Part shown: in pieces, positions 12,510 through 23,640 of the stretch
Position numbering within the stretch: the first letter of the stretch is position 1
Layout of the letters: the number at the start of each line of letters is the position of its first letter
Notes under the pieces: model-generated
Seen by the model: the letters and a program-made list of their open reading frames with translations, nothing else
What the model was told of the DNA's origin: nothing
Database searches by the model: none
NCBI GenBank assembly: GCA_030264375.1
Contig: JASCQW010000032.1
Location: forward strand, 45,772,490-45,836,489
Direction: 5' to 3'
Source of the DNA: Carcharhinus longimanus
Taxonomy: Eukaryota
DNA: 64,000 nucleotides
Program-made: the position numbers and the translations under genes

Positions 12510-14150
12510 AGTAAATGTAATAGCAATTCTTATTATACAAACTTTAGCATAGCAAAGGGCTTCATAAAGTGCTATCCAACACCAAGTCACATAAGGGAGT
12601 ATTAGGATAGTGATTGGAAATCTGGTCAAAGTTGAAGTTTTTAAGGAACATCTTTAAAGGGATAAATGAGACATTGAAGTATAGAGGCTCAGTAAGGAAA
12701 TTTCAGAGCTTGAGGATCAGGCACCTGGAGGCACAACTGCTATCGGTGGAGTTATTAAAATAGGGAATGAACAAGAGGGCAGTATTGAAAGGATGCCAGG
12801 ATCTTTGGTGGGTGTTTGGGATTAAAGGACATTACAGAGATGCTGAAAGTCAAGGTCATTGGAAAAAAAGGCTCCGAGTTTTGAAATCAAAATCACCAGG
12901 CCAGGAACCTGAAAGATCAGTGAGCGCAGAGGTCATGAGGGGATGAGAGCCTGGCGAGATTGGGAAGTGGGCAGCAGAAGTTTGGATGAGTTCATGTTTA
13001 TGGAGGGTGGAGGAGGCAGGTAGGCCTGAGAACATTGGAATAGCCTAGAGGGACCCTCATTGAGGGTTTCAGCAGTAAATAAACTTGAGTTAGGCAGAGT
13101 TGTGTGATGTTACTGTAATGGATTGGTGATAGAAACATCAAAAATAGAAGCAGAAGCAGGCCATTTGGGCCAACTGGCCCTGTAAGCCAATTCCACCATT
13201 CATTATGATCATTGCTGATCATCCAGCTCCGTAACCTGTATGTGCTTTTCCCCCATATCTTTTGATCCCTTTAGCCCCAAGAGCCATATCTCACTCCTTC
13301 TTGAAAACAATCTGTGGTTAGAAATTCACCAATGTCACATAGAACGTCGAGGTTGCAAACAGTTCAGTTGAGCTTCAACATGACCAGAAAAAGGAATGTT
13401 GGCAGGGAACAACAGAGTTTGTGACCAGGATAAAAGACGGTGACCTCTGAGCACTTAGAGAAGATTTCTGCTGGTGGTAGTGAGATAGAGCTAGGTGGTG
13501 TTCGTGTGTGTGTGAAACCAGTTATGTTTTAGGATGATGTCACTGAGAAGGGGTAAGTAGATGAGAAATAGGTGGGAGCCAAAACACTTGGAGAATTCCA
13601 GAGGTGATGATGCAGGAGCAGGAATAGAAGCCCCATTGCAGGTCATTTCCCGGCTAAGACTTGATAGGTAAGAGTGGACTTAGGTGAAGGCGTTTCCTAT
13701 CCACCTGTATGGCGAAGGAGGATGTTGTGGTCACCCATCTCAATGGCGGCAGACAGGTGCTGAAGGATGAGGAAGCATTTGTTACCACCTAAGATGTCAT
13801 TTGTTACATTGATAAGGATGGTTTTGGTGCTCCAGTAGGGATGGAAATATAATTGGAGATGTGCATACTTTGAGTAATGGGAAAGATGGACACAGATTTG
13901 AAAGGCAACAATACATTCCATGACTTTGGAAAAGAAAGTGAGGTCTGGGATGAGGCAGTAATTTGCAAGAACCAAGGGACAGAGGATGAGTGATACTGGC
14001 AGATTTCAATGAAATTTTCAGATACAATGAAAGTATCTGAGACGCAGAAACTATAAACAGCATCACATAGTGTGGGGCCAGGAAGGAAAGATAAGTGGTC
14101 AGCAGTTTGGTGGTAATAGGGTCAGGAATGCAATTGGTGGATTTCAAATT
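12510..14150 (-). mobile_element. Old L2-like LINE relic (copy 2), with a CR1 3' fragment inserted at ~13130-13310
   Basis: Minus-strand RT-like ANYCLIPDLTFFSKVMECIVAFQI..TKTILINVTNDIL..LILQHLSAAIEMGDHNILL. Confidence 0.75.
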
Positions 14151-15199
14151 ATGCAATTCAATTTTTATTCTGAGAACAATGAAGCTACTTTAGTAGAACC
14201 TTCTCATATTGCACGAAAACAAATTGAGACCAAAAATGCATGTTTCATTTCAATCCAGGGAAGAAGAGATTGAAAGATATTTCATCCCATCCATTTGGAT
14301 TTGATTTTAATCCAAGTGTGAAAGGACAGAAATCTCCTAATCCGTAGATTATAGTTTTGCAATTCTTTCTTTCAAGTTGCCTAGTAATGCCAGTTTTGGT
14401 AGATATTTTCTTAGTTTACCAGAAATGATGAGGCTTCCTTGCAATTTGAATTACATCTGCAGTTCTGCCAGTATTTATGATGATGCATGATTTTAATCTA
14501 ATTAGAATATTGATGGGCAACACATTCCTCTTCAATTTTAAAAATAATACATTTCAAATTGACACTTGCAAGCAGGTTGTGCATGTTTTCCCATGTTTTT
14601 TGCTGTGTTTGCGTTTTTACACTTTCATCTAATTACTTATTTTACAAAACTGTATCCACTGTGATTCATAAAGAACCAAAGCATCTGGATGGACTATCTT
14701 GGGTTTTTGCATAACTGGTTTTATTCTACTTTAGTTTGAGAAACTGAATCCTCAGTAGCAAGTTTGGAGCTCATCTAAGCAGAAAGTTATGAAATAATCA
14801 GGGTATGAGCATCCATGTTAAGGCAATTTGATAAATCATTGCCTTTTTGAGATTGTGTCTGACCTGGTCAGAGTTCATTCATATCACAGTTGGGAACCAT
14901 TGAAGAACTGCTAATGCGTTACAATATACAGAGACTTCACTGGATTTTTGACAACAAAGGAATCTGGAGAATTTTGTTTTGGCTTGAAGATGTGCAAATC
15001 CCTGGAGATAGAGAAGTTCATTACCATTATACTGTCTCTGACGTTTTTTTCTAAGAGATTGTGGACCTTAATTAGCCTCCTGAATCTGTTTTTGTTATCA
15101 AGATTGATTCTTGATATCACATGTTCAAGTCCAAGGAACCAATTATAGCTGCAGTACCTGCATGTTTAACATTGTATAACTCCTCTGTCAATTAGCAAC

Positions 15200-16220
15200 A
15201 AAGACAAAAATTCTCCCCAAAAAATTCAGTATCGAATTTCGTGTAAAATCTGGAGTAAATCCCGCTGTTTTTTTTCAGCGGGTGCTTCAAAATGAATCTC
15301 CCACACTCTATGCTCCGCAGATTGCACAAGCGTAAATCAGTCCAAAAGTCAGTGGTTGGGCCTATTCCCTTGGGAGAGACTGGCAGCATAGCTCAGTTTA
15401 CTACCAAATAAACCTGTTGGACTTTAACCTGGCATTGTGAGACTTCTTACTGTGTTTACCCCAGTACAATGCCGGCATCTCCACATCACAGCTCATATGC
15501 TGGCCAGCTCTGCAATCCCTCCCACATCGTTAGCCTTGTGACCCCCCCACCCACCGCCATGGTCCGATTGCTGACCCCACTACCCCCCGGATGTGTCCAG
15601 GCCAGCCCCTACCACGTACTCCCCCTCCCAGCAGGCTGACACACCTCCCACCCTGATCATTGGTTTCCCTCCCTCTGTCAATCAGCTCGTGCAGAGTGGC
15701 AGTGGCACTGCCCTGGTGGGTAGTTCCAAGGTATCCCCTGAACATTGGCACATCCCCTTTTGGCAGAATCATGGCCAGACTGGCATTGCCAAGCTGGCAA
15801 TGCCCAAGAGGCACCCCCATCCTGGCACTCCCTCCTCAGGGGGGCTTCAGTTGCCCCCCCCTTCACTCCAGTGGGGTCAGGCTGCCAGCTCCCCGCAAGT
15901 GGGAAGCCACTGTAAACCCCACTGGAGTCGACCAGTCCTGGGGTGCTGGGGAGGGTGAGGGAGCAAGGTGACGCTAGGCCCGGAGATTTCAGTCCCAGGT
16001 CTGCTCATGAAATATAAAATAGATGGTAATGAACATTTGTATAATTTATTCAGCTCCATGCCAATTCCCAGCGTGAGATGATGGCACCGGAAATCTGGCT
16101 GTCGGAAAATTTGTGGATGCCGTGGCGCCAAGTGGACAGCCTGCGAAATGGCCTCACTCGAGTTTCTTGCCCTCTGCATTGCTTTTGTAACATAGCGGGA
16201 TGGGAGAATCGCTCCAAAAG
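15200..16220. mobile_element. GC-rich non-autonomous DNA transposon-like element, with a Penelope-end insert at ~15396-15490
   Basis: Imperfect terminal inverted repeats ATTCTCCC / GGGAGAAT and an abrupt GC increase. The internal insert is flanked by CATAGCTCA / CACAGCTCA. Confidence 0.5.
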
Positions 16221-16766
16221 TGTGCAATAGGTTTCATATATCTCCAGAATTGTGAATAATTATAAGAATTCCTGTTTGAATTATGCCACAAGATCTTTAA
16301 TGATTTAACACCTCATCCAAAGCACTTACTTCGCAATCGCACAGTGCACCCCCTTGATGCCCTGTAACATCAGTCTAGATTATGAGCTCATGCATCTTTA
16401 GAGATCTAACAAACAAAATAGGTGCACAGTAGGCCATTGGCCCTTGAGCTTACTCTGTCATTCAATGAGATCATGGCTGATCTGTTTGATGAGCTTAACA
16501 GCCGACTAATTGGAGGTGAGTTGGTTGTCAGCACCCCCACCACCTTCCCTTTAAAAATTCCAGCACGTTTCAGAGCTGCCAGAAGGCTGAGACACCGTTT
16601 GAGTACATAATTTTCAAAACGGCACCTGCACCTGGTGGCGGCACTTTATTGAAAATCCAGCTCCAAAATTGAGCGGTGGTGGATTGAGGAAAATTAAACT
16701 GAGCACAAACGTAATCTGAGCAAAAGGCTATTTGTTTTAATAATTTCAGTTGAATTTTGGTTTCAG

Positions 16767-16886
16767 AAAACTCTGCACCATCGAAAAGTGAACAGAAGAA
16801 ATTAACAAATCCAGAGTCAAAAAGATCTTCTGAGAAACATCGGAACACAGTTGTAAAGAAACAGCATGTTGAATCCAAGATGAATG
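16767..16886 (+). CDS. ERICH2: ERICH2-like gene, internal repeat exon 3 (120 bp, phase 1-1)
   Basis: TTTTGGTTTCAG acceptor and G|GTAATT donor. (E)NSAPSKSEQKKLTNPESKRSSEKHRNTVVKKQHVESKMN, no stops. Not shown in the ORF track. Confidence 0.75.
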
Positions 16887-16899
16887 GTAATTCTATTTT

Positions 16900-17180
16900 G
16901 TTTGTATGTTCATGGAATGTAGGCGTCACCAGCTGAACCAGAACCTATTGTGCATCTCTAACTTCCCTTGAAAAGGTGGTGGTTAGCTGCCTCCCTGAAC
17001 TGCTGCAGTCCATGTGGTGTAGGTACACCCACTGTGCTGTCGGGTGTGAAGTTCCAAGATTTTGACCCAGCAACAGTGAAGGAATGACAGTATATTTCCA
17101 AGTCAGGATGGTGTGTGGTTTGGAGGGGAACTTCCATGCGGTGGTGTTCCCATGCATCTGTTGCCTTCGTCCTCCTAGAT
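16900..17180 (-). mobile_element. CR1-like LINE 3' end (second family)
   Basis: Reverse complement matches 44715-44960 (GGGAACACC..AAGTTCCC..CCATCCTGACTTGGAAATATA..). Confidence 0.8.
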
Positions 17181-17415
17181 CAGCGTTCTTCAAAGTGGAG
17201 GTCACGACTCACAGTGGGTCACGGGCTGTTGAAAATGGGTTACCAGTTAAATTATCGTTGCTCTATAAACTGATCTTGTTAAAAAAGTAGGATTTTCTGT
17301 GATCCCATTCAAAGAACACCGGATTTTCTGTGATCCTGTTCAAAAAAGCATGTGATTTTCCATGATCTGTTCAAAAAATGCAGTATTTTCTGTGACCCTG
17401 TTCAAACAAAGACAG
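17181..17415. mobile_element. hAT-like DNA transposon end with four ~31-bp internal tandem repeats
   Basis: Starts CAGCGTTCTTCAAAGTGGAGGTCACGAC after TCCTAGAT. Repeats of GATTTTCTGTGATCC(T)GTTCAAA at 17290-17410. Confidence 0.5.
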
Positions 17416-19798
17416 GAGGTTGTGTGTATGTTGCACATTTTGTAGAAGACGGTATGATAATGACAACCTCTCGGATGATGACATAATCAGCATTAGGACT
17501 TTTGATGAGGAAAAGCTTAGTTGCCTGATACAATTCAAGTTATGTGCACTTTACGAAAGGGAAAGATAAGTAATAGGAAAGAGGTGTTTTTAAAGTGTAC
17601 AGTCAATCCCAATTAGATTGTGACTGTGGCAGCAGTACTGCAGCTTACCTGGCCTGTAGTCTCTTGTCTGAGTCTAGAATTTCCCGCCGTGAAGGCAGGC
17701 TGTAACTTCAGAGTATGACGCGTACGATCAGTATCTTATAATCCAACTCATTATTTTTCCTGTGTGCATAAAAAATATTATACTGAATCAACTTCAAAAT
17801 GAGATGACATCTGAAAACCATTGAGACGTTTTTTAATTATGGATATGTGTGAGAAAGGATAATCAACACATAACCACAGACTTCAATGGATGCAGCAAAA
17901 TATAGTTTATTGATGTGACATATCCCACTTATCAGGAAGGTTTACTAATAGGATGGTGCAGATAGAAGTAATTGATGCCTGCCTTATTAAGTTTCCACCT
18001 AAAAGCAGAACATTGATCTGATGAGTTCTGTATTTCAAAGGTGTATCTTAAACAAGAAATCTGTCTCAAATAAACAGTAGTCAACTTACTGGCTCATGCA
18101 CAGTAAATGAGGGTATTGTCTGATTTTGGACATGGTTACCAGGATCATATCAATGAACTCTTTCGCACTCGGATCACTCAAGTCCTGGTGACACAGAATC
18201 CCCAGAGATTCCCTTCTCTGATCACTTTAAATGGAATGGTGAACACTGGCATTACTGCAACAGTAGCAACCCTGGCCTCAGCTGTCTGCCTAAAACAGAC
18301 AAGAAGCAGCAGCTTGGTGGTGGGCAGGAGTAGTTGGTAGCAGAAGGCCACCAGGAGGCAACAACTTGCTGGCAAGATGTGTTTCTTGGAGGGGGTATGG
18401 GGAGGTTGATGCAGGGAATGCCTAAATTTTCCTTGTGGAACACACCTGGCCCCAAAGGAAAGTTTTAAAAAAATGTTCAAAACTTATCTCCTTCGGATTC
18501 TTCTGATTCCAGACCTCCTAACAAGTGACTTTCGTTGCTCGGAAAACTGGAAGAACACAATGGCTTTTCTGTTTAGACCTTGGTTCAAGTTGCAGTCATT
18601 ATATCCTAAGTTTTGATTTAATGAAGGACCTTGTTGACGTCAGGCAAGTGTCTTTGTTGTCTGCTCAGTAGAGCATGTTAAAATAGGAAAATGGGACTGG
18701 TGTAGCACATTGGCAAATAAATAATTTGGATGATTTTCACCATACATTCACCCAGTTTTCATCAGATTAAAATGCAGTTTGAGTCTGTCATCTTATGGAG
18801 CGAATAAGTTAACAACTTTAAAAGTATACTGGATGTCATTTGATAGCACAGAACTTTGGGTATTGCTGAAAAATGAGATGTGCTATTGAATTTTTTCATC
18901 TTGCACTCATCAGGACAGTTATATAACAATTTATGGTGCATGAGAAGAGAGTGCTGATTGTTGGCAGTTGGACTCTTGTGGAGATGTTGCCATAGAGAAC
19001 ATAGTGAGGAACTGTTAACTGCCAAGCTGTTGTTTCAAATTCAAACCTGGCAGGTCAACTCTTAAGAGGACCACCATTGATTGCCTGTGGCAATGCCTTG
19101 ACCATTCAGAGTCCACATGCCAACCAATTAGTGCACTCGTCTTAAGAAGTATAAATTGTTATTCTCTTTACTGTGGCTTATAATCTGTAGCTGTCCTAAT
19201 GAGGGCAAGATGAAAAGTTTCAACAGTATTTTTTTTATTCAGCGGTATTCAAGTTATGTTCTGGATATGTTAAACTTACTTATCCTGTTGCGCTTGCAGC
19301 GTTCAACAATATTCCAGTTGCCTGTAGGATTGTATAATTATTAAGAAAAAATAGTTGAATAATTCTAACAAAGTAGATCAACGGTTGGTGATTTAACGAA
19401 GCTCATACAACCTTGAATTTTTGAGTCAGTGTAGTAAGTTGATTGACTTGCTTTCCTCTGGGATGCTCTTATAAATTTTCTGGAATATCAGTGCAATTAA
19501 CCTTATCTTACAGATGTGGTTTCTGTTCCTCTTGGATTATCTGATCCTCCTAGGTCCATCTACCATGAATACAGGTAGCTATATTAAGACTCACTTCCCT
19601 CAGTCTTGGGGAAAATTCTTATATGTTCTGGTGACACAATTAAACTTTTTCCTGACTCTTGCTTAGGTTCTCCCTCAGGTTCAAAACCTCTGTTCTCCTT
19701 TACCTCTTTGAGAAGACACATCATGCTATCTCTGTGTGTCAAACACCACCTTCTATACTTTTAAATTTCATCAAAAACTTCCTTCATTTTGTTAACTA

Positions 19799-20170
19799 AT
19801 CCTTTCAGATGTTTAACCAATTTCCTTGTCCTTGTATATTAAATATACAAGGTTTCTAAATTATGACCTTAACCACTTAGATCTGCCAAGATCACAGTCA
19901 GAGTGCTTTATCTTTTTTGAGCATCCACAAGTTATATTATTAGCTCTTTCCATTTCCCAGAGTTTAGCCAGGCTGCCGAATATTCCATTTTGCCCTTGAG
20001 GCTATTTTGAAGGGACTTTTCATTCCAGAAGGCAGGAGATCAGAATTGGAAGAGCATAAAGCATACTCTACATGTTAGTTAGGAGGTTGGTTACAAAGAT
20101 AAGGTGATGTGAGGATATATAAATATTTAATATACAAGGACAAGGAAATTGGTTAAACATCTGAAAGGAT
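19799..20170. repeat. Perfect 48-bp inverted repeat with 276-bp spacer
   Basis: 19799-19846 ATCCTTTCAGATGTTTAACCAATTTCCTTGTCCTTGTATATTAAATAT is the exact reverse complement of 20123-20170. Confidence 0.95.
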
Positions 20171-22243
20171 GGTAGCTAGTTGATGCAGTTCAATGCATTT
20201 GCGCAATTTTAATGATTATTCTATTTAGATAAGATACATTTATAGTTACAATGAAATGTAGGGTTAAGTTCTGTTATGCAAATGCAGAGCACCAAGGAAT
20301 TTTATGAGAGTATGCTATTCCACTACCAGAGCACCAACATGTGACAGTCTTGGTGAAAACTGGATGGTTGAAATATATTGAAATAGGATATTTTTGTATA
20401 AAGTTACAATTTTGGTGACATGAACAAAGCAAAAGAAAGAGTATATGTTTTATAAGTCACATGAAAGATGTGCAAATATACACTCACTGGGAAGATGCTG
20501 AAGATTTTCAGAAAAAACTCAGCATCCTTTACAAAAACCTCCTTACGAGCCTATATCCCAATCTCTGTGCTGACTGCATCTGGTCACAGCCAAGACTGAT
20601 TTTAAAAAAGACTTCCCAATACAATGAAAATGTCGTGTCATTTGATTGCCAAGACAAGATCATTTATCATTTTCAGCGCAAACGTCATCACAGTCTGGTG
20701 CAACTACCTTTTGCCTCTGCCTCCCTTTTTAAAATATGCATGAACAGACTTTTTTGTTATAGACAGAATATGTGTTCTCTTAATTGTGTTTGGTATATTT
20801 TGTATTGAAAGGCTTTTTTACCCTTTGAGTCTGCATTCCAATTAAATAACTCAGCAGCAAGATTTGAGAGTTTAAAATGAATCAGTTATTTCATACAGCT
20901 ACCCCAATTTTTTTAAAGTAAATGTATTAGTGTCACAGGTTGGCTTACATTAACACTGCAGTGAAGTTACTGTGAAAATCCACTATTTTATTTATTAATT
21001 AATTAAACATAATGTCACGTTTACTTGGTCTCACTCGCACTGCAGTTTTACAGATTATAATTATCACTGTCTCTAATTTATAATTATCAGTCTCCCAGTG
21101 GCAGGCCAGTGGTCTTTTGAATGGATTTGATGATTTAAAGTTGAAATGAGCGTTTTGTAAAGTAAAGGGCTCACAGCAGATGTGAGGTTTTTGTAATCAA
21201 ATAGCTGGGAGGCTGCTTCTTAGATGAACTTTAAACTGCAGCAGATGATATATTCTTGCAGTCTGATGATTTGCAGCTTGTTTGTGAGTCTGGTTCTGAA
21301 ATTGGCTGAACTGATACTTCTGAGGGCTTTAGAAGCACGGTTTGCACACACACAAAAACCCATATTTTAAACAGACGATGAAAACTTGGCACTCTCTACC
21401 TTTTCATAAATTCCAGGTGTTTCGCAAATCTTGTGTGGTGTTCATGTTGATTCTACATCTTGTGTTGTGGGTTAACACCACTGAGGCCCACCCAACCCAG
21501 ATTGGATGAGGAAATCCATTATGATACAAAGGGAAGTTGATAGTGACCATTTACTTCCATCTGCTACAAATTGAGTTTCAATCTTTGCTTTTATCCAGTG
21601 GTGAGGTAGTCAGTTGTTCTGGCCCATCCTTAAACAAAGACATGTGTGAATTCTCTGATGGCTGTGGGTGTCCACACGTAGTTAGAGTTTCAACGGAGAC
21701 ATGCCCAAATGCCAAAAGTCACATGATTTGTAGCAGCCATTTTTACAGCTGATTTATGCTCAATTTTTATAAGTATCTGAAGGTTTGCAATATGATATGC
21801 CAGTGCTGGGCATGGCATTTTCCTTTGAGTGTCAACACTATTACATTGCTAAAAATGAAGTTAGAACATAACCTAAGTTGGCTAAATTGGCCTCAGTGCT
21901 CAGGAACAATCAGCAAGCTCATGCTCCTGATTGCTACATGGCCATCTGCTTGAAAGTAAACCCATGAGGATGGTGACAGCTTCAGGGCTGACTGTGCTAC
22001 CTGAACAATGGAATTGCCTGCAACAACTGTCTAGGCAATTACGTGAAGATCAGCTGCTTTGCCACTGGAGGTCACCTTTGCAAACATACAGGAGAGAAGC
22101 AAGAGAAGAGATCATTTGTAAAACAATATGCAACTGGTAGTTACCATAATAAATTATAACATTAAAAATATTTTAATAATTAATCTTTTAAAAATTGAGT
22201 TAGACTTATAATTAGTTAACTTCTTTCTTTTCTGTTTTTGCAG

Positions 22244-22470
22244 ATGCACAGAGTTATCTAAATTCTTCCTATGCTAAAGAAGCAAAAACATTGGCAATTC
22301 CAGCAACCAGCAGTGAATCACAAAATATAGCTACCACCAGTGCAGCTAACAGAATTTCAGAAGACTCGGATGGGGATGATGATGCAACTGAAAATGAAGA
22401 GGGGGATGGTGTTGATAATGAAGGCAGTGAAAAGGAAGAAAGAGAGGCACCAATAGAGTTGATGGGAGAG
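22244..22470 (+). CDS. ERICH2: ERICH2-like gene, acidic exon (227 bp, phase 1-0)
   Basis: Long polypyrimidine tract + CAG acceptor and GAG|GTAAAA donor. (D)AQSYLNSSYAKEAKTLAIP..SEDSDGDDDATENEEGDGVDNEGSEKEEREAPIELMGE. The end resembles human ERICH2 APLELMAE as recalled. Confidence 0.88.
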
Positions 22471-23248
22471 GTAAAATTATAGCTTATAAATAGTTTTGTG
22501 TACCACACATGGGTACATAACCTGATGAGAAAACAGCAACAATGCAGTAGTGTGGAGCAGCAAAGCTCCAGTAGTGAAATAAATGCAATGAGGAGCAACA
22601 TGGTTTAAGTCTTCACTTCAAACAGGAGGCAGTGTGGAGAGGCCTCTGCATTTGTTCAACAGGTGAGAGTTGTGCAGGGCAGTGCCTAGTGCACAAACAT
22701 ACCTCATTAGCAGACCAAATTGGGCTGCCAGCTTCTGAGAAAGACCCGGAAAATGTGTGTATTTTAGGCATTATTCTAGAATTCCAGCACTCGTTAATTT
22801 TTTTCCAATATCTATCTTCCATTTTCATGAATTATGCAGTTCCTGTGATTATAAATAACCTTTACTTGAGAAAGGCAGTTGGGCAGTATGAGTGGTGGGT
22901 GATTGTGTAGCTGAACAACCTTTCTGTTGTGAATTTAAGATGCAAAGTTGCAGATGCTCTCTTTGAATTCCAGCAAACCGTGAAAGACTTTTTTGGTCTG
23001 ACTTGTACAGCTAATGTCTGTATTTCAGGTTTAGTCAATGCTTCTTCTGAATATACATTAGGAGATTTTCTCAAATTGTTTCCTTTAATTCGAGCTTATT
23101 GTAACTGAAGGAAATATTCCAATCAACTGATGACAACATACTTTACAATTTGTTATACTTTACCTTTTCAATCAAAAAAGATTAACTATCCCAGTACAAC
23201 TGAAATATCACTTGCTTATAATGTTGCCAGTTCCAAGAATATCACAGT

Positions 23249-23640
23249 CATAAGAACATAAGAAATAGGAGCAGGAATTGGCCATCTAGTCCTTCAAGCC
23301 TGCCCCGCCATTCAATAAGATCATGGCTGATCTGAAGTGGATCAGTTCCACTTTCCNNNNNNNNNNNNNNNNNNNNNNNNNNNNNNNNNNNNNNNNNNNN
23401 NNNNNNNNNNNNNNNNNNNNNNNNNNNNNNNNNNNNNNNNNNNNNNNNNNNNNNNNCTGTCCACTATGCCACCAATCTTGGTGTCATCTGCAAATTTACT
23501 AACCATGCCTCCTATATTCTCATCTAAATCATTAACATAAATGACAAATAACAATGGACTCAGCACTGATCCCTGAGGCACACCGCTGGTCACTGGTCTC
23601 CAGTTTGAAAAACAACCCCTACAACCATCCTCTGGCTTCT
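23249..23640 (-). mobile_element. CR1 LINE (RT fragment and 3' end either side of an N gap)
   Basis: [50 protein letters not shown]; 3' tail CATAAGAACATAAGAAATAGGAGCAGG. Confidence 0.95.

Larger units (their letters stand above)
5290..16900 (+). repeat. Three diverged tandem segmental units, each containing one paralogous exon
   Basis: Homologous intron blocks at ~5290-5478/6270-6850, ~10138-10990 and ~14250-15030 (e.g. ATTTATTATGATGTATGATTTTAATCT; AGAAAGTT..GAAATAATCAGGGT). Homologous exon flanks at 8100-8520 and 12070-12520. The L2 relic is shared downstream of exons 1 and 2. Confidence 0.9.

Noticed and set aside
17290-17410. ~31-bp repeats as a CRISPR-like array
   Set aside because: They are head-to-tail degenerate repeats with no unique spacers, there are no cas genes, and they lie inside a DNA-transposon end in a vertebrate genome.
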